A DNA stretch of 64,000 bases from the human T2T-CHM13v2.0 reference genome, Homo sapiens. The DNA lies in assembly GCF_009914755.1 (NCBI RefSeq), contig NC_060932.1; one strand, written 5' to 3'. Under the pieces are notes generated by a model. That model did no database searches. It was given only the letters and a program-made list of their open reading frames with translations, and was not told the DNA's origin. This document shows positions 14,603-28,519 of this stretch, one piece after another; positions within the stretch are counted from its first letter, which is position 1; every line of letters begins with the position of its first letter. The position numbers were made by a program, and so were the translations under genes.

Positions 14603-17600
14603 ATGACAGGATCAAATTCACACATAACAGTATTAACCTTAAATGTAAATGGGCTAAATGCCCCAATTAAAAGACACAGACTGGCAAATTGGATAAAGAG
14701 TCAAGACCCATCATTGTGCTGTGTTCAGGAGACCCATCTCATGTGCAAAGACACATATAGGCTCAAAATAAAGGGATGGAGGAATATTTACCAAGCAAAT
14801 GGAAAGCAAAAAAATAAAGGGATTGAGGAATATTTACCAAGCAAATGGAAAGCAAAAAAAAAAAGCAGAGGTGGCAATCCTAGTCTCTGATAAAACAGAC
14901 TTTAAACCAACAAAGATCAAAAGAGACAAAGAAGGGCATTACATAATGGTAAAGGGATCAAGGCAACAAGAAGATCTAACTATCCTAAATATATATGCAC
15001 CTAATACAGGAGCACCCAGATTCATAAAGCAAGTTCTTACAGACCTACAAAGACATTTAGACTCCCACACAGTAATAGTGGGAGACTTTAACACCCTGCT
15101 GTCAATATTAGACAGATCAAGACAGAAAATTAACAAGGATATTCGAGACTTAAACCTGGCTCTGGACCAAGCGGACCTAATAGACATCTAGAGAACTCTC
15201 CACCCCAAATCAACAGAATATACATTCTTTTCAGCATCACATCACACTTATTCTAAAATTGACCATATAGTTGGAAGTAACACACTCCTCAGCAAATGCA
15301 AAAGAATGGAAATCATAACAAACAGTCTCTCAGACCACAGTGAAATAAAATTAAAACTTAGGATTAAGAAACTCACTCAAAACCACACAACTACATGGAA
15401 ACTGAACAACCTGCTCCTGAATGACTACTGGGTAAATGATGAAATTAAGGCAGGAATAAATAAGTTATTTGAAACCAATGAGAACAGAGACACAACATAT
15501 CAGAATCTCTGGGACACAGCTAAAGTAGTGCTTAGAGGTAAATTTATAGCACTAAATGCCCACAAGAGAAAGGCAGGAAAGATCTAAAATCGACATCCTA
15601 ACATCACAATTGAAAGAACTAAAGAAGAGCAAACAAATTCAAAAACTAGAAGAAGACAAGAAATAACTAAGAAAGAGCTGAACTGAAAGAATTAGAGTCA
15701 CAAAAAATGTTTCAAAAAATCAATGTATCCAGGAGCTGGTTTTTTTTAAAAGAACAACACAACAGATAGACCACTAGTAGACTAAAAAAGAAAAAAAGAG
15801 AGAAGAATCAAATAGACTCAATACAAAGTGATAAAGGGGATATCACCACTGATCCCACAAAAATACAAACTATCATCAGAGAATACTATAAACACCTCAA
15901 TGCAAATAACTAGAAAATCTAGAAGAAATGGATTAATACCTGGACAAATATGCCCTCCCAAGTCTAATCCAGGAAGATGAATAGACCGAATCCCTGAATA
16001 GAATGATAACAAGTTTTGAAATCGAGGCTGTAATTAAGAGCCTACCAACCAAAAAAAGTCCAGGACCATAGGAATTCACAGCCAAATTCTACCAGAGGTA
16101 CAAAAAGGAGCTGGTAGCATTCCTTCTGAAATGATTTCAAGCAACAGAAAAAGAGAGACTCCTCCCTAACTCATTTTATGAGGCCAGGATCATCCTGATA
16201 CCAAAACCTGGCAGAGACACTATAAAAAAAGAAAATTTCAGGACAATATCCGTGATGAACATTGATGTGAAAATCCTCAATAAAATATGGGCAAACCGAA
16301 TCCAGCAGCACATCAAAAAGCTTATCCACCATGATCAAGTGGGCTTCATCCCTGGGATGCAAGGCTGGTACAACATACACAAATCAATAAACATAATCCA
16401 TCACATAAAAAGAACCAATGACAAAAACCACATGATTATCTCAATAGATGCAGAAAAGGCCTTCGATAAAATTCAACAGCCCTTCATGCTAAAAACTCCC
16501 AATAAACTAGGTATTGATGGAATGTATCTCAAAATAATAAGAGCTGTTTATGACAAACCCACAGCCAATATCATACTGAATGGGCAAAAACTGGAAGCAT
16601 TCCTTTTGTAAACTGGCACAAGACAAGGATGCCCTCTCTTACCACTCCTATTCAACATAGTTTTAGAAGTTCAGGCCAGGGCAATCAGGCAAGATAAAAA
16701 CATAAAGCGTATTCAAATAGGAAGAGAGGAAGTCAAATTGTCCCTGTTTGCAGATGACATGATTGTATATTTAGAAATCCCCATTGTCTCAGCCCAAAAT
16801 CTTCCTAAGCTGATAATCAACTTCAGGAAAGTCTCAGGATACAAAATCAATGTGCAAAAATCACATGCATTCCTATACACCAATAACAGACAAACAGAGA
16901 GCCAAATCATGAGAGAACCCCCATTCACAATTGCTACAAAGAGAATAAAATACTTAGGAATACAACTTACAAGGGATGTGAAGGACCTCTTCAAGGAGAA
17001 CTACAAATCACTGCCCAAGAAAATAAAAGAGCACATAAACAAATGGAAAAAGATTCCATGCTCATGGATAAGAAGAATCAATATCATGAAAATGGCAATA
17101 CGGTGCAAAGTAATTTATAGACTCAATGCTATCCCCATCAAGCAACCATTGACTTTCTTCACAGAATAAGAAAAAACTACTTTAAATTTCATGTGGAACC
17201 AAAAAGAAGCCCACATAGCCAAGACAAGCCTAAGCCAAAAAAAAAAAAAAAAAAAGGCAAATAGGATCTAATTAAACTAAAGATCTTCTGCACAGCAAAA
17301 ACAAACAAACAAACAAAAAAACTATCATCAGAGTGAGCAGGCAACCTGCAGAATGGGAGAAAATTTTTGCAATCTATCCATCTGACAAAGGGCTAATATC
17401 CAGAATCTTCAAGAAACTTAAACAAATTTACAAGAAAAAAACAAACAGCCCCATCAAAAAGTGGGTGAAGGATATGAACAGACACTTCTCCAAAGAAGAC
17501 ATTTATGCAGCCAACAAACATGAAAAAAAGCTCATCATCACTGGCCATTAGAGAATTGCAAATCAGAACCACAATGAGACACCATCTGACACCAGTTAGA

Positions 17601-18020
17601 ATGGCAATCATTAAAAAGTCAGGAAATAACAGATGCTGGAGAGGATTCAGAGAAATAGGAATGTTTTTACACTGTTGGTGGGAGTGTAAATTAGTTCAAC
17701 CATTGTGGAAGACAGTGTGGCAATTCCTCAAGGATCTAGAACCAGAACTACCATTTGACCCAGCAATCCCATTACTGGGTATATACCCAAAGATTTATAA
17801 ATCATTCTATTATAAAGACACATGCACACGTATGTTTATTGCACCACTGTTCACAATAGCAGAGACTTGGAACCAACCCAAATGCCCATCAATGATAGAC
17901 TGGATAAAGAAAATGTGGCACATACACACCATGGAATACTATGCAGCCATAAAAAGGAGGAGTTTATGTCCTTTGCAAGGATATGGATTAAGCTGGAAAC
18001 CATCATTCTCAGCAAACTAA
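14603..18020 (+). pseudogene. Disrupted L1 ORF2 (endonuclease/RT; copy A), with an internal deletion
   Basis: MTGSNSHITVLTLNVNGLNAPIKRHRLANWI (EN), [10 protein letters not shown] (RT) and CWRG...HCWWECK (C-terminal Cys-rich region); many stops. Confidence 0.92.
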
Positions 18021-18795
18021 CACAAGAACAGAAAACCAAACACCACATGTTCTCACTCATAAGTGGGAATTGAACAATGAGAACTCAAGGATACAGGGTC
18101 GGGAATCTCACACACTAGGGCCTGTTGGGGGTTGGGGAGCTGGGGGAGGGATAGCATTAGGAGAAATACCTAATGTAGATGATGGGCTGATGTGTGCAGC
18201 AAACCACCATGGCATGTGTATACCTATGTAACAAAACCACATGTTCTGCATATGAATCTCAGAATTTAAAACATAATAATTTTTTTTTTTAAATTGCCAG
18301 GCTTGAAAAGAAGCAGAAAAGTATAAACCACGTTGAGAGAAAAAAACAATCAAAACCAACCCAGAACACACACAAGTGATAGACTTAGCAGAAAATAATA
18401 TTAAAACAGTTATGATAATTGTATTTCATATGTACAAAAAGTTAAGCAGAGTTATAGAAGCCACAGTAAACACCCATATCAAAATTCTAGATTGAAAATA
18501 TTAATATATAAAAGAAAAATAAACAAAATGGGATTCATGGCTGATTTGACATTGGAGAAGAAAATATTAGTAAATGTAAAACACAGAAATAGAAATTATC
18601 AAAATTGAAACATGAAGGGAAAAGAGAATAATAATTAAAAAAAAAACCTCACAGAGAATCAGTTAGGTGAAGACAACTTCAAGTAGCCTAATATAACTAT
18701 AATAATAATCTCCCAAGGAGAGAACAAGTGGGTGAATAGGCAAGCAAAAGAAATAAAAAATAATAATGAAAGTGTTTAAATTTTTATGAAGATTA

Positions 18796-19227
<432 letters not shown>

Positions 19228-21295
19228 TCAGTGGGGGAAAAAGATGTTACATACAGAGTAACAAACATAAACGTTATTGCAAATTTCTTATTGGAAACAG
19301 TGTAAGTGAGATGATAGTGAAGCAATGTTCTTTACAGGAAGAAACTCTTCAACTTAGAATTCTATGCCCAGAATAATTTTCTTTTCTTTCAAAAACAATG
19401 GAAAAAAGTATTTTTTTAGATATATGGAAGCTGAAAGAAGTTATCGCAAGCAGACTACTACTGTGAAATATTTTTTTGAAAGTGGAATTTATAGGGTTTC
19501 TACATTGTTACTGTATTACTCTTCTTTCAACCAATATTAAACATTTTACCTATAGTATAAGAACCTCAAAACTGCATACTCCCATTTCTCCCTTTTGACT
19601 TTTGCAATATTATATGTGTATGTGTATTTATATATATATATTACAGTAGTCATAAGAAAAATGATAGGCAACAGAAATATGAAATTTACACAGAGGAATG
19701 AAGACTGGTGGAAATGCTAAGTATGTGAATTAATATAAAATATTTTATTATTATTTGAATACCTTTAAAACATAATTTTAAACCATTTAAACAAAATAAC
19801 AACACAATATGTAGTTTATAATTTATGTAGAATTAAGATCTATAGCTACAATATTGCAAAAGTCAAGAGAGTAGAAATGAAAGTATGCAGCTGTGAGGTT
19901 CTTATACCATAGGTAAAATGTTGTAATATCACTTGTAGGAGGAACATAATACATTAACAATGTAGAAACCCTATAAATTCCACTAGAATAATAAATATGA
20001 TACAGATAGCTTCTAAGCCAACAATAGAGATGAAATAAAAATTTAAAATCCAATTAATCTAAAAGTAGACAGACAAAAGAGGAAAGAGGGAACAAAAAAC
20101 AGATGAGATAAATAGAAAACAAATAGCAAGATATCAGATTTAACTCACCTATATAATTAATCACATTAAATATAAATGGTCCATGTCACATTAAATATAA
20201 ATGGTCTAAATACCCAAATTAAAAGGCAAAAATTGTTAGTATGGATGTAAAAAGAAAATCGCAAGACCCAATTATTTTCTGTCTAGAAGAAATGCAATTT
20301 AAATATAAAAATATAAATAGCATAAAAATAAAGGATAGAGAAATATATACTATCCTAACACTAATTAAAGTGGAGTGGCCATATTAATATCAAGCAAAGC
20401 AGATACCAGAGCCCAGAATATTGCCAGGAACAAAGAATTTATTTCATAATGGTGAAAGAGTCAATTCATTAAAATGACATAATATTCCTAAATGTTTATA
20501 AATCTAGAAGCTGAGCTACAAAACAAGTGAAGCAAAAACTGATACAACTACAAGGAGAAACAAAAAAAATCACAGTTATAGTGGGAGATTTTAGTACCCC
20601 TTACTTGATAATTTATTAAACAAGTAGACAAACAATTAACTAAAAATGTATATTTGGACAGCCCCATATGTAACTTTATCTAATTAATATCTATAGAACC
20701 CTTCACTCAGAAGAACACTTATATTTTCCAGTAGATAGGAACCATTTATCCATGTAAGTCATAATCTAGGCTATAAAACAAAACTCTATCTAACAAAACA
20801 AATCTAACAAATTTAAAATAACTGAGGCCATGCAAAGTATGCTCTCTAACCAAAATGAAATTAAAATTACAAATCAATCACAGAAGCAATGTCTACACTC
20901 TAAAAATAATTTGAAACTGCAAAGGATTTAGAGTTGCCAAGACAGCGTTGAGAAAGAAAAACAAAGAAGACTAACACTGCCTGATTTTAAGTGTTATTCT
21001 AAAGCCACAGTAATCAAAACAAAGTGGAATTGGTGTAAAAATAGACACATACATCAACAAAACAGAATATAGAGTTGAGAAATAGACCCACACATATATG
21101 GATAACTAATTTTCAATAAAGGTACAAACATAATTTAGTAAAGAAAAGGAAGTCTCTTCTACACTTAATGTTGAAAGAGCTGGATATCCATGTGTAAAAA
21201 ACAAAAGTAAAATATTTTAAAAAGTAAAAAAAAAAAAAAGAATGCCTCTGTATATTACATACCATATACAAAAAAATAACTAAAAATGGATCCTA

Positions 21296-21597
21296 GGCTG
21301 GGCATGGTGGCTCATACCTGTAATCCCAACACTTTGGGAGTCTAAGGCGGGCAGATCACCTGAGGTCAGGAGTTCAAGACTAGCCAGGCCAATATGGCAA
21401 AACCCTGTCCCTACTAAAAATACAAAAATTAGCTGGGCATTGTGGCAGACACCTGTAATCCCAGCTACTCAGGAGGCTGAGGCAAGACAATTGCTTGAAC
21501 CTGGGAGGTGGAGGTTGCAGTTAGCCAAGATTGCACATTGCCTTCCAGCCTGAGAGACAGAGCAAGACTCCATCTCAAAAAAAATAAAATAAAATAA
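21296..21597 (+). mobile_element. Alu, AluSx-like
   Basis: Full dimer with an (AAAAT)n tail and TSD approximately GGATCCTA. Confidence 0.95.
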
Positions 21598-24394
21598 AGG
21601 ATCCTAAATTAAGATGTAAGACCTAAAACTATAACATTTCTAGAGGAAAACATAGAATAGAACTTTTGTGACCTTGGGTTAGCAAAGTTTTTTTTTTTTT
21701 TTTTTTAGCTATGACACCAAAAACATGATACATAAAACAAAGGTTTACATATAAGATTTTATCAAAATTAAATACTTTACTCAGCAAAAGACATTGTTAA
21801 CAGAATGGAAAGCCAAACCACACATTGGGAAAAAATGTCTGATGAATATTTGAAAATCATATATTTGATGGACTTGCATTCACAATAGAGAAAGAACTCT
21901 TAATACTTTACAATAAGCAAAAGCTCAATAAGCTCAATTACAAGATAGGCAAAAGATATGAACAGATCCATACCTAAAGATAATATAGAGCTTGCAAACA
22001 AGCACATGAAATGCCATTAGTCTTTTGAGAGGTGCAAATTAACAACACAATGAGATAGCACTAGATATCTATTAGAATGACTAAAATTATAGAATGATCA
22101 TATTAAATGTTAATAATGACATGGAAGAAATAGAACTCATACACTGCTGGTGGAAATATAAAACAGTGTAACCACTTTGGAAAATTTAAGAATTTTCTTG
22201 AAAAAGTGAAGCATATACCTACATTACTACCAGCCATTCCTTGATTTTTTCCCTAAAAAAATGAGAGCTATATGTTTATAGCAGCTTTATTTGTAAAGAC
22301 AAAAACTAGAAACAACCCAATGTCCAACATGTGAATAACATGTGAATATACTGTGAGAGCTACATACAATGGAATACTACTCAACAATAGAAAGAAATGA
22401 ATTACAGATACACACAACATAGATGGATCTTAAAATAATTATACTGAGTGAAAGAAGCTAGGAAAAAAAGAGTATATGCAGTATGAATCTGTATAAAATT
22501 CTACAAAATGAAAACAAATCTATCATGATAGAAAGGAGACCAGCATTTGTCTCAGGGAGGGCAAGACAGGGGGCACTGGGAAGGTGCATTTACCAAAGGA
22601 AATAAACGTATTTGAGCCTTAAGGTGTCAGCCTTAATTCTGCCTTCTAATTTAGTGTAAACATCCATTGTCAAGATTCACTTTCATGGCATTTATTGATC
22701 TGTTCGGTCAATAGATCTCTGCTTCAATTCAGGAATAACATCTGTAAACGCGTATGTTCTGTCTACTCTGTGTATGCATGTGGATGTAAAGAGGTGTATG
22801 ATTCTCTTTAGATATTGTTGGTAATTGGAAATGATTTTTTTTTCAGCAGCAAATGCTGAGCTAGAATCTGATTGGGAATTAGTTCATGCCTCACTCGCAT
22901 AAATAAATCTCAAGGGCTAGGATTATCATGCTTAGTTTAGCAGCTAGTTTCATTACAGTTTATTTTACGTGACTGGAGGTCTTGGTGGGTGCTGGAGGGC
23001 CTTGCTAAGGCATTCAGGAGATATCAGCTGGGTGGGCTTATGTGTGAAAAAAGGGAAGGCACTTTTTTTTTCCATTGTGTTAAAGCTGTGGTAATTAAAT
23101 GTGACAGAGCTAATCTGTTGCTGGGATTGTTATAGCCATTGGTTATTACTGCACATTCAAGGATGACAGCCTCACTTCAGACTGTCTTCTTCCCAAATGA
23201 GTCAGCATTTATCCACTTTGCCAAGTCAACTCACTGTCTGTTGGGGTGTGGGGCTGGTATTTTGTAAGGAAATAAGAACTAGAATTTTGAAGTCTTTAGT
23301 GAAAGCAAAGACCCAACACTAAGGGTCTAAATTCCTTGAAAGCAAGAGCTGTATTGTTTTCATTTATGTAACATAGACCAGTAACTGCTTCATAGTAAGT
23401 GCTCGATCAAGATTTTTAGTAGTTCACTGAAGCGTGATTTCAAAAAGAAAGCCAAAGCAAAATTCAGCATTGTTAAGAATTGTGTTTCGTGAATTTGTTT
23501 AAACACTGTTCACCTCAATTCCCACCTCCCTGCTATTTGGGATCTACAATGCTGTTGAATTTACAATGGTAAGCTTGTTCTTGGTAGCTATAGTTACTTA
23601 TGCATATTTATTTGTATTATATGTTACTTATATATATATATTTACGTATTCGTATATTTAAAACATGTTTTATTATATAAACTTACATATTAATTCATAT
23701 GTAGTAATTTATATTGGATTTAAAAAGCAATAAAGAAAGCAGTACAAATCAAAGAAAAAGTCTGTCCTGGAAGGATCACTTGTGGTGGGAATTAATTTCT
23801 GACTTATTAGTAGGCCTGGAATATTATGCAACAATTCCTAACTCACTGAATTAGTTTTATGTCTTTAAGACCATATCACTGGGTCTCTAGACTTTGGCTC
23901 TGTAAATTTTGTACAATATGCAAATAAAACTGAACCCCCTCGCTAGTTTTCTTAACCAATTGGTTTAGATACTACATATATTATCTATTATTTTTCTCAG
24001 AGATTTGTGTCTTTATTTTTATACCATTGTTTCATATCATTTTTGTGTCAGATTAATGCTATTTTTATAATAATGCTTATAAGGAAAGTTGTTTTACCTT
24101 AACATGCATCTTCTTATGTTGCTATGTTCTTGACTTATTATTATCAGTTATAATTATACATGTGCTACATTATTAAATTACATATATTGTTATATGGGGT
24201 CTGTATGATCATATTTTTTTAAATGTTAGTAAATTATTAAGTTCCTAGTGATCCTTTAAATAAAATCGTATTAGAATACAGAGGACCATATATGTACATG
24301 TGCATATAACAGATAAATGAATATATTCAATATTTACTTTGAAAAAAATTAACCTGTGAGAATAAATGATTTGAGAATTGCTATGACATTTTGA

Positions 24395-24797
<403 letters not shown>

Positions 24798-25509
24798 TTA
24801 TTTTTGGTTCTGTGCTTAGTAGTAGCTAATAGCTTTGAATATGTAAGTTTGCATTGACGTGAAGGACATACACCAAACATTTTTGTACAAATATTTTCAC
24901 CTGAAAGCAACCTAAATAATCTCTTAAAATAATGTGCCAAAGGCTTCTAATTTCTCTCTGAATTAATCCATCAATCAATACATTTATCAAACACCAACTG
25001 TATGGAAACCACTATGCTAGACAGAAATCAAAACACAAAGATACAATGGGCACATCATCTGTACTTACAGAGCTTATAGTTTATTTGAGAAAACATATTT
25101 ATAAAACATACTCTTTTTGTTTTGTACTACCCTGTAGAAGGTATGGTGGTAGGTGTTATGATGACTATAAAAAAGATTAAAACACAGACCTCAACAAGAG
25201 ATGTATTGTTTAGTAGGAGGAATAAAACAAGCATATAAACACATTGAATGATGAAGGAGAGTATGAAGTATATTATAAAAGAAAGCTAAATAAAGTGTTA
25301 TGGAAATTGAAAGGCAAAGAGAGTATATGTCATGTCAGGGGTTTCATTGAGCCGGTAGCCTTTTGAATAAAAAATGACAGACATAAAATACCAATTGCCT
25401 TCTAGTCACCTTCAATATTTCTAAGATTCCAAAGAAAGTATGACATCTTCCCTATTGCTCTTAGCAGTTGTAATTCCAGATGGCTCAGGAGAGAAGTCAT
25501 GATAGAATG

Positions 25510-26640
25510 GGATGTGTGTGTGTATCTGTGTATAAAGAAATGTGTGCCTTATAGGATATCTATAGATGACATTTACTTTTGCAATCTCTTCCATGCTCAT
25601 GATTTTAAATAACCACCTATATGTCAATGACCACCTCATCTATTTCTAAAGAAGCCCAGTGGCTCCTCTAAGCTCCTAGTCTCACAAACTAGCTGCCTAC
25701 TTAATATATTTCTCTGGTTATTTTAAAAGCATCTCAAATTCAACATGTCTACAATGGAACTCTCGATCTCTCCTTCTCCCCAATCCTGGTGCTAGTAGTC
25801 ATTAGTGTGTTTCTAGATCTCTTCTTTTTGATAAGATTGTGCTTCTCTTTGACCTTGAAGTTTGTCACATGACTTGCTTTGGCCAATACAATATGAGCAG
25901 AAATGACATTAATTACTTCCAAGTATAAGCTTTTAAAAGCTTCTGTGAATTTTGTCATGTTCTCTTCATGCACCCTGCCCCAAACAAATCAACATTTCAG
26001 ATGGTCCAAAAACCATAAGCCTAGTTCTGAAGTGAATATGCCACTGAGCAGATCCCCTGTCTTGCCTGAAATCAACATATAGTGTGAATGAGAAGTGAAC
26101 GAAAGCTTTATTAAAATATATTTCACATGCCATAAAATTAATTCAGTAGTTTTTAGTAATCAGGGTTATGCAACTATCACCACAATCTAATTTTAGAACA
26201 TTTTAAATACCGACCCCCTCCCTGCAAAGAAACTATACACATCAGCACTCGTTCCCCTATTGTCTTTCCCTCAACCTCAGCTCTAGCTCTAGGAACCACT
26301 ACTCTGCTTTCTGTCTCTGAACCTCTATTGTTTACATCAGCAGTAATTGGGTGATGCTTGTTTTTTAAGCATAGCTCAGTCTATCCTCACTGATACATTG
26401 GTCCTCTTTCAATGGTCTCTATCTTAATGAATGGCATTCACCATCACAATAACAGAAACAAGAAGTTATTCTTGAAACTCTTCTGTAGCTCATTCTCCAC
26501 ATCTAGTTATTCTACCACTCCTATGAATTTTACTTCCTAGATATTTCTTTAATTTGTCTATTTCTTTCCATCTCCATTGCTACCACTATTGTTCAAGATA
26601 CTACCATTCCTTTCTCTCACTTCTGTTAGTGTTTCCAAGT
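25510..26640 (+). mobile_element. L2 relic containing a nested MLT1-type LTR (~25790-26400), which is itself split by an antisense L1M 3' fragment (~26105-26320)
   Basis: L2 motif GCATCTCAAATTCAACATGTC, MLT1 motif TCACATGACTTGCTTTGGCCAAT, and L1M motif ATCACCACAATCTAATTTTAGAACATTTT. Confidence 0.6.
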
Positions 26641-27539
26641 TCCTGACAGATAGTAATTTTCGTGATTTGAGAATGAGAAATCAGAATTTCTGAGAACTCC
26701 TTAGAAATCCTGAAATCATAAGCTATTATGTACAACAGTTTATTTATGTGTTTTTTTAGGGAGAGGTGGTAATAATGCTTTGTAACAACAATATTTACGT
26801 ATATTTAATAATAATGAGTACCCATAATAATAAATAGTGCATTATTTTTCTGTGATATGAATATACTGTTTCAGAGGTATCCTATAAAGGTATAATAATA
26901 AATGGTTACTTTATTATTGTCATGAATCAAATATTGTGACAAGAGTCAGTATTTTAATAGCATGTACAAGTAACTTCTGCCTGATAAAGGCATTTGGGAG
27001 CAGAAAAAAATTAAATGAGGGGAACATCAACAGAAAATAAATGTCAAATAAAAATAATTTTAAAATGGAAAAATGAAACCATAGCATTTAATAGTTAAGA
27101 GTTATTCTTAAATTTAAAAAGACACAGTACTAATTGTCCTTTCTTATAACTGTCTTGACCTTTCTTTCATGTCAAATATTGTAAATGTAAAAAAATTTCT
27201 TACCTTGTTCATTTGTGGTCAAATTTTTAAGAATTCATCCAGAAGCATTTCAAATTTGTCATTAAGGTACATATTTCTTCATATATGTCTATTTTCCTTT
27301 TTATCAATGAAAGTATTCTGTCTACTTGTCCTGATTTTGGTTTTGCCATGAAATCCATATTGTTTTTGCTAATTCAGATTTCAAATCAGTTTCTCATTTT
27401 GTGTTGGTGTTCCACAAAAACATCTTCCTCTCTTTGCACTTCCTTGGTTAAAGTGTTTACATTGAACTATAGCTCATGGCAAATATTCAAACACTAGAAA
27501 ACAGCATTTGAATAGTTTGTTGGAAGGTATTTGAATAAC

Positions 27540-28030
27540 ATGACTTCAGATCTCCTACAAATCTCAGTAACACTACTCAGAATCATGTGTCAAAATTGCC
27601 CATTGCCCAAATCCTTAACATGTAAAAGGTATCTGCAAACCTCTCTGCCCTATTATTTCACTATTCTTCCTCTCACCCTCTGCATGTTACTTGAGCTATG
27701 CAGGTCCCCTTAAATTCCATGCTCTTCCTCCCACAGAGCCTTTGCATGTACTATTTCCTGCATCTGAAAATCTTCCTCACAACTCATCTTTCTGATCACA
27801 GTTCAAATGACATTTCTTTCATTGTTTTACTGACTTCAAGTCTATGTCAGGTTTAAATGTTCTCTCAAGCTGCCTTCTTTCCTCCAAAACACTTAGCACA
27901 ATCATAATTACATAATTTGTGTAGGGTTATCTGATTAATATCTGTCTCTGTGTTTTATAACTTCCACAAAAACAGAACTCTCTTTTTTTCCTCACCAATG
28001 TAGCCCTGACGTCTTACAGAATGAAGGCAT
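27540..28030 (+). mobile_element. L2 3' relic
   Basis: CAGAGCCTTTGCATGTACTATTTCCTGCATCTGAAAAT and CACTTAGCACAAT motifs. Confidence 0.55.
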
Positions 28031-28060
28031 CATTATCTGAAGCGTGGGTGGGAGGGACAT

Positions 28061-28511
28061 TGTGAAACTGTAGGTTTGGACTAGAGGGGTTTGGAGACAA
28101 AAGTGACTCCATCTTGGATGCTAATCTGCCATGTTGGCTTCTGATTAGCCCCAGTCCTGATTTCTCCTTTATTTCCTGTCTTTAGTGTAACAATGTTTCA
28201 ACCTTGATGTTACCACACACATTACAGGCTATGACGCATGTATTAATAGCAGTCTTGCCTATTCTGGAGAGTTGCCTTTCATTATCTTCCTGGAGCACAT
28301 ATACTTTTTCCATATGGTACATAAGCCCTGGGTCTGGGGGTAATGGGTGCAGAGCCCTATCTGTCTTGCAGCTGCCCAAGACCATGCTTCTGTAAGTTCC
28401 CCAGTAAAACATCCGTTACCAACAAACTGGACGTGGCTGCCTTGTTCTTTGGTTTTCAAACTTGTTCAGCATTTGGGGGTCATTTTGTATATTGAGTTCT
28501 TTCATGGAGCA
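28061..28511 (+). mobile_element. ERV solo LTR, LTR47-like
   Basis: GACTCCATCTTGGATGCTAATCTGCCATGTTG and ATAAGCCCTGGGTCTGGGGGTAATGG; starts TG and ends near CA. Confidence 0.7.
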
Positions 28512-28519
28512 AGGAGGGC

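Larger units (their letters stand above)
12188..18290 (+). mobile_element. Full-length inactive LINE-1, L1PA7/8-like (copy A)
   Basis: 5'UTR start CAAGATGGCCAAATAGGAAGAGCTCC, ORF1 and ORF2 remnants, and a G-rich 3'UTR. 15-bp TSD AAATTGCCAGGCCTG (12173-12187) / AAATTGCCAGGCTTG (18291-18305). Confidence 0.96.

Noticed and set aside
16252-18020. Potentially functional reverse transcriptase
   Set aside because: ORF2 is broken by many stops, frameshifts and a ~430-bp deletion.
18118-18150. G-quadruplex-like G tracts (also ~40118-40155)
   Set aside because: Standard L1 3'UTR polypurine tract.
26650-27500. Possible hAT/Tigger DNA transposon internal relic
   Set aside because: AT-rich, and I could not identify terminal repeats or a transposase frame.
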